The notes below the pieces were generated by a model that worked only from the letters and a program-made list of their open reading frames with translations, had not been told where the DNA came from and did not search any database. A stretch of 64,000 bases of DNA from an uncultured Gemmatimonadaceae bacterium (GTDB taxonomy: Bacteria > Gemmatimonadota > Gemmatimonadetes > Gemmatimonadales > Gemmatimonadaceae), in NCBI GenBank assembly GCA_963761305.1, contig CAVXGK010000002.1, forward strand, positions 704,001-768,000. The letters run 5' to 3'. This document shows positions 29,919 through 39,324 of this stretch, one piece after another (the stretch's first letter is position 1; every line of letters starts with the position of its first letter). The translations under genes and the position numbers were made by a program.

Positions 29919-30593
29919 TCAGTTGGCCAGGAAGGGAATCCTCACGGTGCCGAGCACCGCGCCCGACGCCTCGTCGACGATGTCGGCGCGGAGCGTGAAC
30001 ACTCGCTCGCCGCGGCGGAATGCCTTGAAGTAGACGAAACCGCCCGCCGTGGCGCCCGGATTGATGACGCCCTCGGGCAGGGCTCGCTGCACCATCTCCT
30101 GCGTGGGCAGCGCAACGTCCGTGTACACGGTGAGATACGGCTGGTAGTACTGCGGATCATATATGAAACCGCCGTTGTACCGGACCAACATCGGCGCCGT
30201 CCGGTACGCGTACGCGTATCCGGTGTAGTAGTAGGGATCCTGAATCGTGACCGGCACGCTCACCTTGCCGCCGATGTTGTAGGGCGGAATGATGTCGTAT
30301 CGCGTCCCGCCGCCGTCGGTGAGCGTGATGTCCTTGTATCGCACGACGATCGGATGGTCGCCGTTGTTGGCAAACTGCATCAACACCGGCGTCACCCTCG
30401 TTTCGAGCCCGGGGGGATCGAAGTGCCACGCTTGCATGTGCGCCGACACCTGCACGCCGGCCGCCGTGCCGAGGGCGCCGTCTCCCGGACCGGCCGCTGG
30501 CGTCGCTCCCACGGCGGGGGTCAATTCGGCGTACGATCGAGCGCAACCCGCGGCCGCGACCGCTCCCGCGACGAGAAGTATTCTAGAATTCAC
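29919..30593 (-). CDS. Hypothetical lipoprotein
   Basis: GGAGG RBS, AAAGC lipobox, Tyr-rich insert, LPEGVI..GFVYF. Confidence 0.8.
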   Translation of the reverse strand: MNSRILLVAGAVAAAGCARSYAELTPAVGATPAAGPGDGALGTAAGVQVSAHMQAWHFDPPGLETRVTPVLMQFANNGDHPIVVRYKDITLTDGGGTRYDIIPPYNIGGKVSVPVTIQDPYYYTGYAYAYRTAPMLVRYNGGFIYDPQYYQPYLTVYTDVALPTQEMVQRALPEGVINPGATAGGFVYFKAFRRGERVFTLRADIVDEASGAVLGTVRIPFLAN

Positions 30594-30923
30594 AACCGCC
30601 TCCTTCAGGCGAACAGAATCATCGTTTTCTGGTTACGTCATCGTCATTCGGCTTCCTCGTGGAGGCGGGGCGATCGGATCGGGGGGGGTGTGCGGGGTGC
30701 TCAGGATGCTCGTCGAGGCCGCGGTCCTCAGGACGGGCGGGCGCGCGCACGTTGTGGCGCCGCCCTTTCGACACACCGGCGGACTCTGGGTCGACGCCGG
30801 GCCTTTTGCTTCCGTCGCGCATGGGACCATCCTTCGCGCGAGCCATCATGTCGCACCCGCGCGTACCTCTGGCGACGATAAAGGCAGACTTCGGGCCGCG
30901 CCACCGCGACCGGGGATGGAGCT

Positions 30924-32372
30924 CTACTGGAGCGGCTTCAGATTCAGCCGAGCCTGCACCTTCGACGCGACGCAATCGCCGAGCTTGCGACCCTCGAGGT
31001 TGCCTGACGGGAAGTGGATGCCGCCGTAGATGCGCGACATGCCCGCCTCGATCGCCGCATCGCGGAAGGAGTTGAACTTCCGCACGGCGTGCCCGAGCGG
31101 AATGCTCGTGCTGTCCTCGAACGGCGCTGTGCCAAGGATCGCGGTCATCGCATCGGCGGCCGCAGCCGAGATCGTCGAGTGACCTGCTAGGTACTCGGGG
31201 AAGGGCGGAGTCGGGATCGCCGGTTCCCAGGTCGAGTCCATCGTCTCGCGAATGAACGTGCGCGGGCGAATCAGGTTGAGCCGGAACTTGTAACCCCACG
31301 CCGCGATGAACGCATCGTTGAGCGAGACGCTCGTCGCCACCATCACCCACGCCGCCTGTGCCGCACTCAGGTGACGCTCGGTCACCATTTGGCTGGCGAT
31401 CGAGAGCCAGTGTCCCGCGGGAGTTCCCGTCTCGCCGCCGTTGTCCGCCCAGTAGAGCGCGGTCTCGCGCTGGGCGGGCGTGAGCTGCTTGCCGGTTTCC
31501 CAGACGACACGTGCGTCCTCGTAGAGCGGCGTGCCTGGCTTCAGCGAGAACGTCGGCGGCAACGGCGCCGGGCAGTCGTTCCACGCGTGAAGGACGAAGG
31601 GACGATTGTACCCCCAGTACGGCTCGGTCACGCCGGCCATGTTCGTGGGAGGAAGCGTTTTTCGCCCGGAGCGCTTTGGCCGATCGAGAATGAGGGAACG
31701 ATCATCGACCGTTCCCGCTCGCAGCGCGTTCGCCGGATTGCTCGGCGTCACGGCCTGGCTCGCACCGGAGAGACTTTGCGTCGCGTAGAGGGTGGCCGGG
31801 TCGTCGTTCACCCAGAGCCCCGCGCCGACCGGCGCGACGTACGCTTTGCCGCGCGTGCTGTCGAAGCCGTCGCCGTGCGACCACGAGACGATGGCCAATC
31901 CGATTCGCCGACCGAAATCGGTGGATCGCGCCGCGACGTCGCCGGCGACGCCGAGGTCCCGCCGCGCGTGCTCGAGCGAATCGGCGAGGCGGCTCAACGC
32001 CGAACGCGTCGTCGGCAGTCCTTCAGCGAAGAGCGAGTCGAGCACCGTGTGCTCGGCCGCCACCGCCGTGAGCGTCGGGTCGTACGACGTTCCGGCGTCA
32101 GGGTGGGGGAGAGAATCGAGCCCGTTCACGACGCCGACCAGCGGCGCGGCTTTCGGGTCGGTGGCGGTCAGGCCCGAATAGAGCCCTACCGACGCGTAGG
32201 CGAACACGCGCGACGCAACCGGCGGCGACAACCGCTCGGCGCGCACGACGCCATAGAGCGCGCGCTCCCACTCGGACACCATGCGCGGGTCGGCGTCCGG
32301 CGAAGGGTGGCACGCGACGGGCGCGATGAACACGACGAGGAAGAGGAGACGTCTCGCGGTACGGTAGATCAT
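30924..32372 (-). CDS. Vanadium-dependent haloperoxidase/PAP2 family lipoprotein
   Basis: KFRLNLIRP (Kx6RP), TPPFPEYLAGHS, SRIYGGIHF; PVAC lipobox. Confidence 0.85.
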   Translation of the reverse strand: MIYRTARRLLFLVVFIAPVACHPSPDADPRMVSEWERALYGVVRAERLSPPVASRVFAYASVGLYSGLTATDPKAAPLVGVVNGLDSLPHPDAGTSYDPTLTAVAAEHTVLDSLFAEGLPTTRSALSRLADSLEHARRDLGVAGDVAARSTDFGRRIGLAIVSWSHGDGFDSTRGKAYVAPVGAGLWVNDDPATLYATQSLSGASQAVTPSNPANALRAGTVDDRSLILDRPKRSGRKTLPPTNMAGVTEPYWGYNRPFVLHAWNDCPAPLPPTFSLKPGTPLYEDARVVWETGKQLTPAQRETALYWADNGGETGTPAGHWLSIASQMVTERHLSAAQAAWVMVATSVSLNDAFIAAWGYKFRLNLIRPRTFIRETMDSTWEPAIPTPPFPEYLAGHSTISAAAADAMTAILGTAPFEDSTSIPLGHAVRKFNSFRDAAIEAGMSRIYGGIHFPSGNLEGRKLGDCVASKVQARLNLKPLQ

Positions 32373-32465
32373 CTTCGAACGTGGGCGGGAAGGAAATCGT
32401 GACAAACGCGGCGGGTTGAATCGGCGATCGCGGGTCGCCCGGGGCGTGCGCCGAGTGATATACTA

Positions 32466-32804
32466 ATGGAGCCCACCCGTCCCACGCCTCTCAGCAATGT
32501 ACGCGTCGCGCACACAGCTCGCATCGGAGCGAGTCCCCGGAATCACCTCTCGAGCGCTGTCCCCGGCGGCGCTGGAGTGGACGCTGCGCATCGTTTTTGC
32601 TGGCCATCCGTGCCGCTGGCGTTGTTCGCCGCGTTCTGGAAATTGTCGACCGAGTCGCTGTTCGTCGTCGCGGGCCAACCGTTCTGGGAGATCGTGGAAC
32701 GCGGAGGCAGCTTCGCGGCGCCTGTCGCGCTGGCGATGGTGCTGATCTTGGCGGCGCGCGCGCGCGAACAATCGGGGCCGCACGCGATTCGTCCGCGAGC
32801 CTGA
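32466..32804 (+). pseudogene. Probable remnant of a membrane protein
   Basis: ALEWTLRI in one frame, then LFAAFWKLSTESLF..FWEIVERGGSFAAP in another, suggesting an internal deletion; could instead be a small intact ORF. Confidence 0.4.
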
Positions 32805-32805
32805 G

Positions 32806-33474
32806 TTGCGATCGCGACTGGCGAAGCTCGTCGGCCAATTGCGATCGAAGTACGGCCCGCCGACGCCGCCCCCCGCGAAGACCGCGTTCGAGCTCGTCGC
32901 GTGGGAGAAAGTGGCGTACCTCGCGCCGGACGAACGTCGCGCGACCACGTTCGCGCTGCTGAAGCGGAAGATCGGCCTCACACCGAAAAAGATTCTTGCC
33001 GCGCGCCGCGCCGACCTGATCGACGTGTTGGCGACCGGCGGCATCGGCGCGCCCGAGCGGGCCAACAATCTGATCACGGCCGCGGAGCTGGTCGTCGGTG
33101 AATTCGACGGCTCGCTCGACGACGTGTGTCAGCGCCCACTCGCGGAAGCGAAAAACAAGCTGATGCGGATCTACGGCATCGGCGAACCCGGCGCCGAGAA
33201 GATTCTACTCCTCACGCACTCACATCCCGTGTTGGGCGTCGACTCGAACGGACTTCGCGTGCTCACGCGCCTCGGCTACGGCACTTCCGCCAAGAGCTAC
33301 ACGACCACCTATCGCTCGGCGACGTCGGCGGCGCTCCCCGAGCTCGGCGACGATATCGACACGCTGATCGACGCCAATCTCCTCCTGCGCACGCACGGCC
33401 AAACCGTCTGCAAGACCACGAACCCGCACTGCGGCACTTGCGTGATCCGCGAGACCTGCCCGAGTGCACGCTAA
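32806..33474 (+). CDS. HhH-GPD (endonuclease III-like) protein with a 4Fe-4S motif
   Basis: IYGIGEPGA hairpin, VDSN, HGQTVCKTTNPHCGTCVIRETC (Cx6Cx2Cx5C). Confidence 0.85.
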   Translation: MRSRLAKLVGQLRSKYGPPTPPPAKTAFELVAWEKVAYLAPDERRATTFALLKRKIGLTPKKILAARRADLIDVLATGGIGAPERANNLITAAELVVGEFDGSLDDVCQRPLAEAKNKLMRIYGIGEPGAEKILLLTHSHPVLGVDSNGLRVLTRLGYGTSAKSYTTTYRSATSAALPELGDDIDTLIDANLLLRTHGQTVCKTTNPHCGTCVIRETCPSAR

Positions 33475-33546
33475 CTTAGCTGGAGCCGGGCAAAGCCGGG
33501 ATTGCACGACGGGAACCGCCCTCACGCCCGTTAGAGAGCCGCGGGG

Positions 33547-33680
33547 AAAACGGACACCAACGGATTGACTGACAAAACGGATGAGGACGAGGACTTTGTT
33601 GGAGCTGCGACAGAGTCTTCGTTCACAGTTCAACCAAGTCCCTTCTGTTTGTTTCCGTTCAATCCGTCTGTGTCGGTTTC
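33547..33680. repeat. Long imperfect inverted repeat (~135-nt hairpin)
   Basis: acggattga pairs with tcaatccgt; ggactttgttggagctg pairs with cagttcaaccaagtcc. Confidence 0.7.
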
Positions 33681-33726
33681 GCCTTGGATATCCCGCTCGC
33701 ACCAGCGAACACCAAAACGACCGTAC

Positions 33727-33747
33727 GGCCGCTCTCGGTGAGCGGCC
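33727..33747 (-). terminator. GC hairpin right after the flippase-like gene stop
   Basis: ggccgctc-tcggt-gagcggcc. Confidence 0.5.
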
Positions 33748-33748
33748 T

Positions 33749-34762
33749 TTAGCTGAGCTCTTCAGCTCGCGAGTGCAGATCGAGGCCCGAGTCGGTCGCG
33801 CGCTTGCCGCGCTTCTTGAAGATGAACTCGGGCGCCAGCGCGACACCGATCAGCGTGACCGGAATGATCTGCTGTGTCTGGATGAGGAAGGCCACGGCGA
33901 TCGCCTGGTCTCGATCCATGCCGAACGCCGTCGCCATGAGCGTGTAGAGCGCCTGAAAAATGCCGACGTTGCCCGGCGTGGCACGAATCGCGAACCCGAG
34001 GTTCACGGCGAGGAGCGCCGACACAGTGCCGACCTGCGACAGGTTGAAGTCCACCGCGCGCGCCGTGAGCGCGTACGTCCAGACCTGCATTGCCCAGATG
34101 GCGACCGAGAGCACGAGCGCGGCGATGAACCGCGGACCCGTCGAGATCCCCCCGATCGTCGCGCCAAAATGCCGGAAGAACTCGGCGGCGCGGCCGCGCC
34201 ATCCGGTCGCTTTTTTCTCAAGCGGCTTGATCTCCTCCAGGTGCGGGCGCCGGACGAGGTAGATCATGAGCCCGACCACGACCGCCAATGCGATCCAAGC
34301 GACGGGTCGCGCGCGAGCCAACCACGGCGGCAGCTCGAGGAACGACACGGCGAGCACGAAGATCACGATGTAGCCGATCAGCTCGAACATCCGCTCGAGC
34401 GCGAGCGACGCGAGGATCTTGGCGCTCTGCACGTGCGCGGTGCGCGCCACGAAAACGACGCGCGCCGCTTCGCCGCCGTTGGCGACGAGAATGTTGTTGA
34501 GCCCCGCGCCGGCGAACGTCGCCCGCAGCGCCAACCAGAGGGACGGCACGCCGGCCGGCCGCAGGAAAATCCACCAGCGCACTCCCTTGAGCGCCAGCGA
34601 CAGCAAGTTCACGATCGCCGCGGCAAGCAGGATCGTCAGGTTCGCCTGGGTGATGTGCTCCCACGTCAGCGACCAGTTCACCTTGCGCGCGAACAGCACG
34701 AGTCCCGCGATGATCGCGACGCTGAGGAGAGCGCGGAGCGATCGCGAGACGGTCTTGTTCAT
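33749..34762 (-). CDS. Lysylphosphatidylglycerol synthase TM domain / flippase-like membrane protein
   Basis: RWWIFL, GGEAARV, ERMFE, TPGNVGIFQ; multiple TM segments. Confidence 0.85.
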   Translation of the reverse strand: MNKTVSRSLRALLSVAIIAGLVLFARKVNWSLTWEHITQANLTILLAAAIVNLLSLALKGVRWWIFLRPAGVPSLWLALRATFAGAGLNNILVANGGEAARVVFVARTAHVQSAKILASLALERMFELIGYIVIFVLAVSFLELPPWLARARPVAWIALAVVVGLMIYLVRRPHLEEIKPLEKKATGWRGRAAEFFRHFGATIGGISTGPRFIAALVLSVAIWAMQVWTYALTARAVDFNLSQVGTVSALLAVNLGFAIRATPGNVGIFQALYTLMATAFGMDRDQAIAVAFLIQTQQIIPVTLIGVALAPEFIFKKRGKRATDSGLDLHSRAEELS

Positions 34763-35448
34763 GCGGCGTCGAGCAGCGTGAATCGGTAGCCCCGATCGAG
34801 TAGGCGATCGACGAGGAGGGGCACGGCGTGTGCCGTCTGCATCCGGTCGCCGTCGGGATCATACCCGTCACCATCGTGCAACAACAGAATCGACCCCGGC
34901 GACGCGCCGTCGACCGTGCGGCGGGCGATCTCGTCGACGCCGGGCCGAGCCGAGTCCCAGACGCCGAGCGACCATCCGACGGTTCGCTGGCCAAGGGTGC
35001 GGGCGATGTACGTCACCCACGGGCTGCGAAACCCGTGTGGCGCGCGAAAGAGCCGAGGCCGCGGCGCCCCGGCGCTCACGATGGCGCCGGTCCCAAGTTC
35101 GAGGTCACGCCGTACGTACGAGGGCGACCTGAAGTGAAGTTTCCGGTGGAAATAGCCGTGGTTGCCGATCGCGTGGCCTTCAACGCTCGCGCGCGCCACG
35201 AGGTCCGGCCATCGCTCGGCGTGCCGGCCAAGGATGAAGAAGGTCGCCTTGACCCCCCGCGACGCGAGGGCGTCGAGCACGAGCGGCGTCGCGGCTGGGT
35301 TCGGTCCGTCGTCGAAGGTGAGCGCGACGACGCGGTCATGCGTCCGGAGGCGACGAACGGTGGGACCGAAGATCGGACTATTGCGGTGAAAAGCGCCGTG
35401 CGCGGCGCCGCCGAGTACGACGGCCGCCGCGCCGAGGCCGAGGATCAT
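34759..35448 (-). CDS. Polysaccharide deacetylase (NodB/CE4)
   Basis: ALTFDDGP, ATFF, GNHGYFH, FRAPHG, ILLLHDG; N-terminal anchor. Confidence 0.92.
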   Translation of the reverse strand: MILGLGAAAVVLGGAAHGAFHRNSPIFGPTVRRLRTHDRVVALTFDDGPNPAATPLVLDALASRGVKATFFILGRHAERWPDLVARASVEGHAIGNHGYFHRKLHFRSPSYVRRDLELGTGAIVSAGAPRPRLFRAPHGFRSPWVTYIARTLGQRTVGWSLGVWDSARPGVDEIARRTVDGASPGSILLLHDGDGYDPDGDRMQTAHAVPLLVDRLLDRGYRFTLLDAA

Positions 35449-36665
35449 ACCGGGACGGCGACGTTTCCGAGAACGGTTTGATACACATCGAGCACTCGAG
35501 CCGTGACACGGGCCCACGAGTATTCGAGCGAATTCTCCCGACCGGTGGTGCCGAGTTGGATGGCCAGTCCTTCGTCGTCGAGCACTCGAACCAGGGCGTC
35601 CGCGAGCGCATCGCGGTTGCCGCACGGCACCATCAGCGCCTCTCGGCCGTCCACCACGACGTCGCGGAATCCAAGAATGTCGGAGCAGACCACGGGCGTT
35701 TGGCACGCCATCGATTCGAGCAGCGTGATGCCGAACGACGCCTTGGTCGTGGGACACGCGTACACCGAGCTGTGCGCGTAGTAGCTGGGCCGACCCTCGA
35801 GCACCGCACCGACAAAACGAATGTCCCGATCCCCATTGGCCTGCTTGTAGTAATGCTCACGAAGCGGTCCGTCGCCGACGACCACCAGGCGCGCCTGGCG
35901 CCCGCGGTTGCCCTTCGCCTTCACACGACGGAACGAGTCGATCAGCGTCGACAGACCGTTGCGCGGGTCAAAGCGGCCGAGGAAGAGAATCGTCGGAACA
36001 TCATTCGTCATTCCCGGCGGGGGAGGAGCACTCGGATGAAAAACATCGGTGTCGATTCCGTTCGGAATGATCCGCCAGTCCGCCTCGAAATAGCGGTCGA
36101 GCGCGACCGTCGTGCTGTGCGAGACGGCGATGGCGGCGCTGAGCATGTTGAGCCGCTTCTGGAAAAAGCGCCGGCCGACCGTGTAGCCGAACGACCGGTC
36201 GAAGTACGTGTGGAACGTGCCGACGACCGGACACTCCGCCTCCTCGATCGCGAGGATCGGGAGCACGGGGGTGAGCGGCGAGTGCACGTGCACGACGTCG
36301 TACTGTCCCTGTCGAAGCACGCGGCGCATGTCGCGGCGGAGATTCCAACCGAGTGTGATCCGCGCCTGTGAGCCGTTGGCGTAGACCGGCTGGCTGCGGC
36401 CGATCCGAATGACGTGCGGCTGGTCTTCGGCTCCCGGAATGTGCGACGTGATGACGTCTACATGGTGCCCACGGCGGCGGGCTTCGCGAGCGAAGAAATG
36501 CACATGCTCACAAACGCCGCCGAGGTGCGGATAGTAGTATTCAGTGACCAGGGCAATGCGAAGCGGCCGCTCGTCGTGGGTGGACTCGAGCGGTGGCAGG
36601 TTCGGCAGCGTCGGGTGGTTACGACGGAAGCGCCTGGTTCGAAGAGCCGGATTCAAGAGCGGCAT
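35445..36665 (-). CDS. Glycosyltransferase family 4 (PimA-like)
   Basis: YYPHLGGV, VHVHSP, IPNGID, FLGRFDPRNG, SFGITLLESMA; start uncertain, overlaps the ppdK end. Confidence 0.9.
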   Translation of the reverse strand: MPLLNPALRTRRFRRNHPTLPNLPPLESTHDERPLRIALVTEYYYPHLGGVCEHVHFFAREARRRGHHVDVITSHIPGAEDQPHVIRIGRSQPVYANGSQARITLGWNLRRDMRRVLRQGQYDVVHVHSPLTPVLPILAIEEAECPVVGTFHTYFDRSFGYTVGRRFFQKRLNMLSAAIAVSHSTTVALDRYFEADWRIIPNGIDTDVFHPSAPPPPGMTNDVPTILFLGRFDPRNGLSTLIDSFRRVKAKGNRGRQARLVVVGDGPLREHYYKQANGDRDIRFVGAVLEGRPSYYAHSSVYACPTTKASFGITLLESMACQTPVVCSDILGFRDVVVDGREALMVPCGNRDALADALVRVLDDEGLAIQLGTTGRENSLEYSWARVTARVLDVYQTVLGNVAVPV

Positions 36666-39324
36666 GGGCAGCGGCCAGTCGGGCGATTGGGACTCGGAAG
36701 GGAGAACACGAGACGTAGTCCAGTCCGATAGAGTGACAAAAAGCCACGGAGCGAGGTTCGCCTCCGTGCTCGCCGCAGATCCCAACTTTGAGCTGCGGAC
36801 GGACCGCTCTACCGGCCTTTACGGCAAATCCAATCAGTTTGCCAACCCCGTTCCGGTCAAGGACCTGGAACGGGTCGTCGGGAAGTATACCACGATCTAT
36901 GTAATTCGGTAGGAACCGCCCGGCGTCGTCTCGGCTCAGACCGAAAGTGGTCTGAGTCAAATCATTGGTGCCAAAAGAAAAGAAGTCTGCTTTCTCCGCG
37001 ATCTCATCCGCGGTAAGTGCGGCGCGCGGCAATTCGATCATCGTGCCGATGGTGTAGGGAATCTCCTCACCCATCGCCCCAAGAATCCCCTGTGCGGCGG
37101 TCTCGAGAATCGCGCGCTGATTGTCGAACTCCGCCACGGTGGCGACGAGCGGCACCATGAGCTCGGGACGAACGTCGAAGCCGCGTCGCTTTGCGCGCAC
37201 GGCCGCCTCGAAAATCGCACGGCCCTGCATGTCGGTGATCTCGGGGAATGTGATGCCGAGGCGGCACCCGCGATGCCCAAGCATGGGGTTCGTTTCGCGC
37301 AGCGAATCGACGATGTGCGACAACTCTTCGCGCGGAATTCCCAGCGTGCGTGCGAGGAGCTTGCTCTCCTCTCCGCCGTGCGGGAGAAACTCGTGCAGCG
37401 GCGGATCGAGCAACCGGATCGTCACCGGCAGTCCGGTCATCGCTTCGAAGATTCCCTCGAAATCCGAGCGCTGCATGGGGAGCAGCTTGGCGAGCGCGCG
37501 GCGGCGACCCTGCTCGTCGCGGGCGACGATCATCTCGCGCATGGCGCCGATGCGATCGCCCTCGAAGAACATGTGTTCCGTGCGGCACAAGCCGATGCCT
37601 TCGGCGCCGAAGCCGCGCGCGATGCGCGCGTCGTGCGGCGTATCGGCGTTGGCGCGAACCCGCAGGCGGCGCACGTCGTCGGCCCACCCGAGCAGGCGCG
37701 CGAACGACTGGTACGTCGGCGCCGAGCGCCGGTCCCGCGTGCCGCGAATCACCTGCACGACTTCACTGGGCGTCGTCGGCAGATCGCCGGAATAGACGCG
37801 GCCCGACGCGCCGTCGACCGTGATCCATTCGCCCTCGGACACGGTGTGATCACCCGCGGTGAACCGCCGGTGAACCACGTCGACGCTGATGTCGCGACAG
37901 CCGACGACGGCGCACTTGCCCATGCCGCGCGCGACGACGGCGGCGTGGCTCGTCATGCCGCCGCGGGCCGTGAGCACGGCGCGCGCGGCGACGATGCCGT
38001 GGAAGTCCTCCGGCGTCGTCTCTTCGCGCACGAGGATCACGCGCTTGCCGGTCGCGGCTTGCTGCACAGCGACGTCGGGATCGAACACGGCGACGCCGCT
38101 CTCGGCACCGGGACTGGCCGGAAGTCCCGTGCAGATCGGCAGCGCGCGCACGTCCGCCGAGATGACAGGGTGGAGCAACTGGTCGAGTTGATCCGGAATC
38201 ACGCGGCGCACCGCGGTCGACGGGTCGATCGAGCCCTCGTCCACCATGTCGATGGCGATGCGAACCGCGGCGGTCGCCGTACGCTTTCCGGTGCGCGTTT
38301 GGAGGAGGTACAACCGCCCGCGCTCGACTGTGAACTCGATGTCCAGCATGTCCCTGAAATGCTGCTCGAGCCGCTGCTGAGTGTCGAGCAGCTCGTCATA
38401 CGCGTCGGGCAGACGTTTGCTCATCTCGTCGATCGCGAGCGGCGTTCGAATGCCGGCGACCACGTCCTCGCCCTGTGCGTTTACCAAGAATTCACCGTAG
38501 AACTTCTTCTCTCCCGTCGATGGATTGCGCGTGAAGGCGACCCCGGTTCCAGAATCGTTCCCGAGGTTGCCGAAGACCATCGCAACCACGCTCACCGCCG
38601 TGCCAAGATCATCGGCGATTCGGTGCACCTTTCTATAGTCCACAGCCTTCTTTAAGGTCCACGATCTCCACACTGCCTCGATGGCACCCCACAGCTGTTG
38701 AGCGGGGTCAGCAGGGAACTCGTGGCCGGTGCGCGTTTGCACGAGCGCGCGATAGTCGGCGACCACCGCTTTGAGCGCGTCCGCGGAAAGATCCGCGTCG
38801 GTCGCCGCGCCGGTCGTCATGCGTTTCGTCGTGAGCAAATGCTCGAACTGCGACGACGGCACGCCAAGCACCACGTCGCCGTACATCTGTATGAATCGGC
38901 GATACGAATCGTACGCGAAGCGATCGTTGCCGCTCGCGGCGGCGAGTCCCGCGACCGTTTCGTCGTTCAGGCCGAGATTGAGAATCGTCTCCATCATCCC
39001 GGGCATGGAGACGGGTGCGCCGGAGCGCACCGACACGAGCAGCGGATTCTTCGAGTCGCCGAACGTCTTGCCCGTGGCGCGCTCCAGGCGCTCTAACGCG
39101 GCGTCCACTTCGTCGCGCAATCCGTGCGGCGGGCGATGCGTGCGCAGGTATTCGACGCACGTCGCGCACGCGATCGTGAATCCCGGCGGCACTGGAACGC
39201 CGAGATTCGTCATCTCGGCGAGTCCGGCGCCTTTTCCGCCGAGGACACGCTTCATGTCCCCCGTGCCTTCGGCGCGGCCGTCGCCGAAGAAGAAAACGGA
39301 TTGCGTCGCGGCGGTGGTCGTCAC
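36619..39324 (-). CDS. ppdK: Pyruvate, phosphate dikinase
   Basis: LGGKGAGLAEM, VSVRSGA..SMPGMM, GGMTSHAAVVARG, GIGLCRTEHMF, FSFGTNDLTQ, GICGEHGG; GTG start at the purF stop. Confidence 0.97.
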   Translation of the reverse strand: MTTTAATQSVFFFGDGRAEGTGDMKRVLGGKGAGLAEMTNLGVPVPPGFTIACATCVEYLRTHRPPHGLRDEVDAALERLERATGKTFGDSKNPLLVSVRSGAPVSMPGMMETILNLGLNDETVAGLAAASGNDRFAYDSYRRFIQMYGDVVLGVPSSQFEHLLTTKRMTTGAATDADLSADALKAVVADYRALVQTRTGHEFPADPAQQLWGAIEAVWRSWTLKKAVDYRKVHRIADDLGTAVSVVAMVFGNLGNDSGTGVAFTRNPSTGEKKFYGEFLVNAQGEDVVAGIRTPLAIDEMSKRLPDAYDELLDTQQRLEQHFRDMLDIEFTVERGRLYLLQTRTGKRTATAAVRIAIDMVDEGSIDPSTAVRRVIPDQLDQLLHPVISADVRALPICTGLPASPGAESGVAVFDPDVAVQQAATGKRVILVREETTPEDFHGIVAARAVLTARGGMTSHAAVVARGMGKCAVVGCRDISVDVVHRRFTAGDHTVSEGEWITVDGASGRVYSGDLPTTPSEVVQVIRGTRDRRSAPTYQSFARLLGWADDVRRLRVRANADTPHDARIARGFGAEGIGLCRTEHMFFEGDRIGAMREMIVARDEQGRRRALAKLLPMQRSDFEGIFEAMTGLPVTIRLLDPPLHEFLPHGGEESKLLARTLGIPREELSHIVDSLRETNPMLGHRGCRLGITFPEITDMQGRAIFEAAVRAKRRGFDVRPELMVPLVATVAEFDNQRAILETAAQGILGAMGEEIPYTIGTMIELPRAALTADEIAEKADFFSFGTNDLTQTTFGLSRDDAGRFLPNYIDRGILPDDPFQVLDRNGVGKLIGFAVKAGRAVRPQLKVGICGEHGGEPRSVAFCHSIGLDYVSCSPFRVPIARLAAAHAALESGSSNQALPS

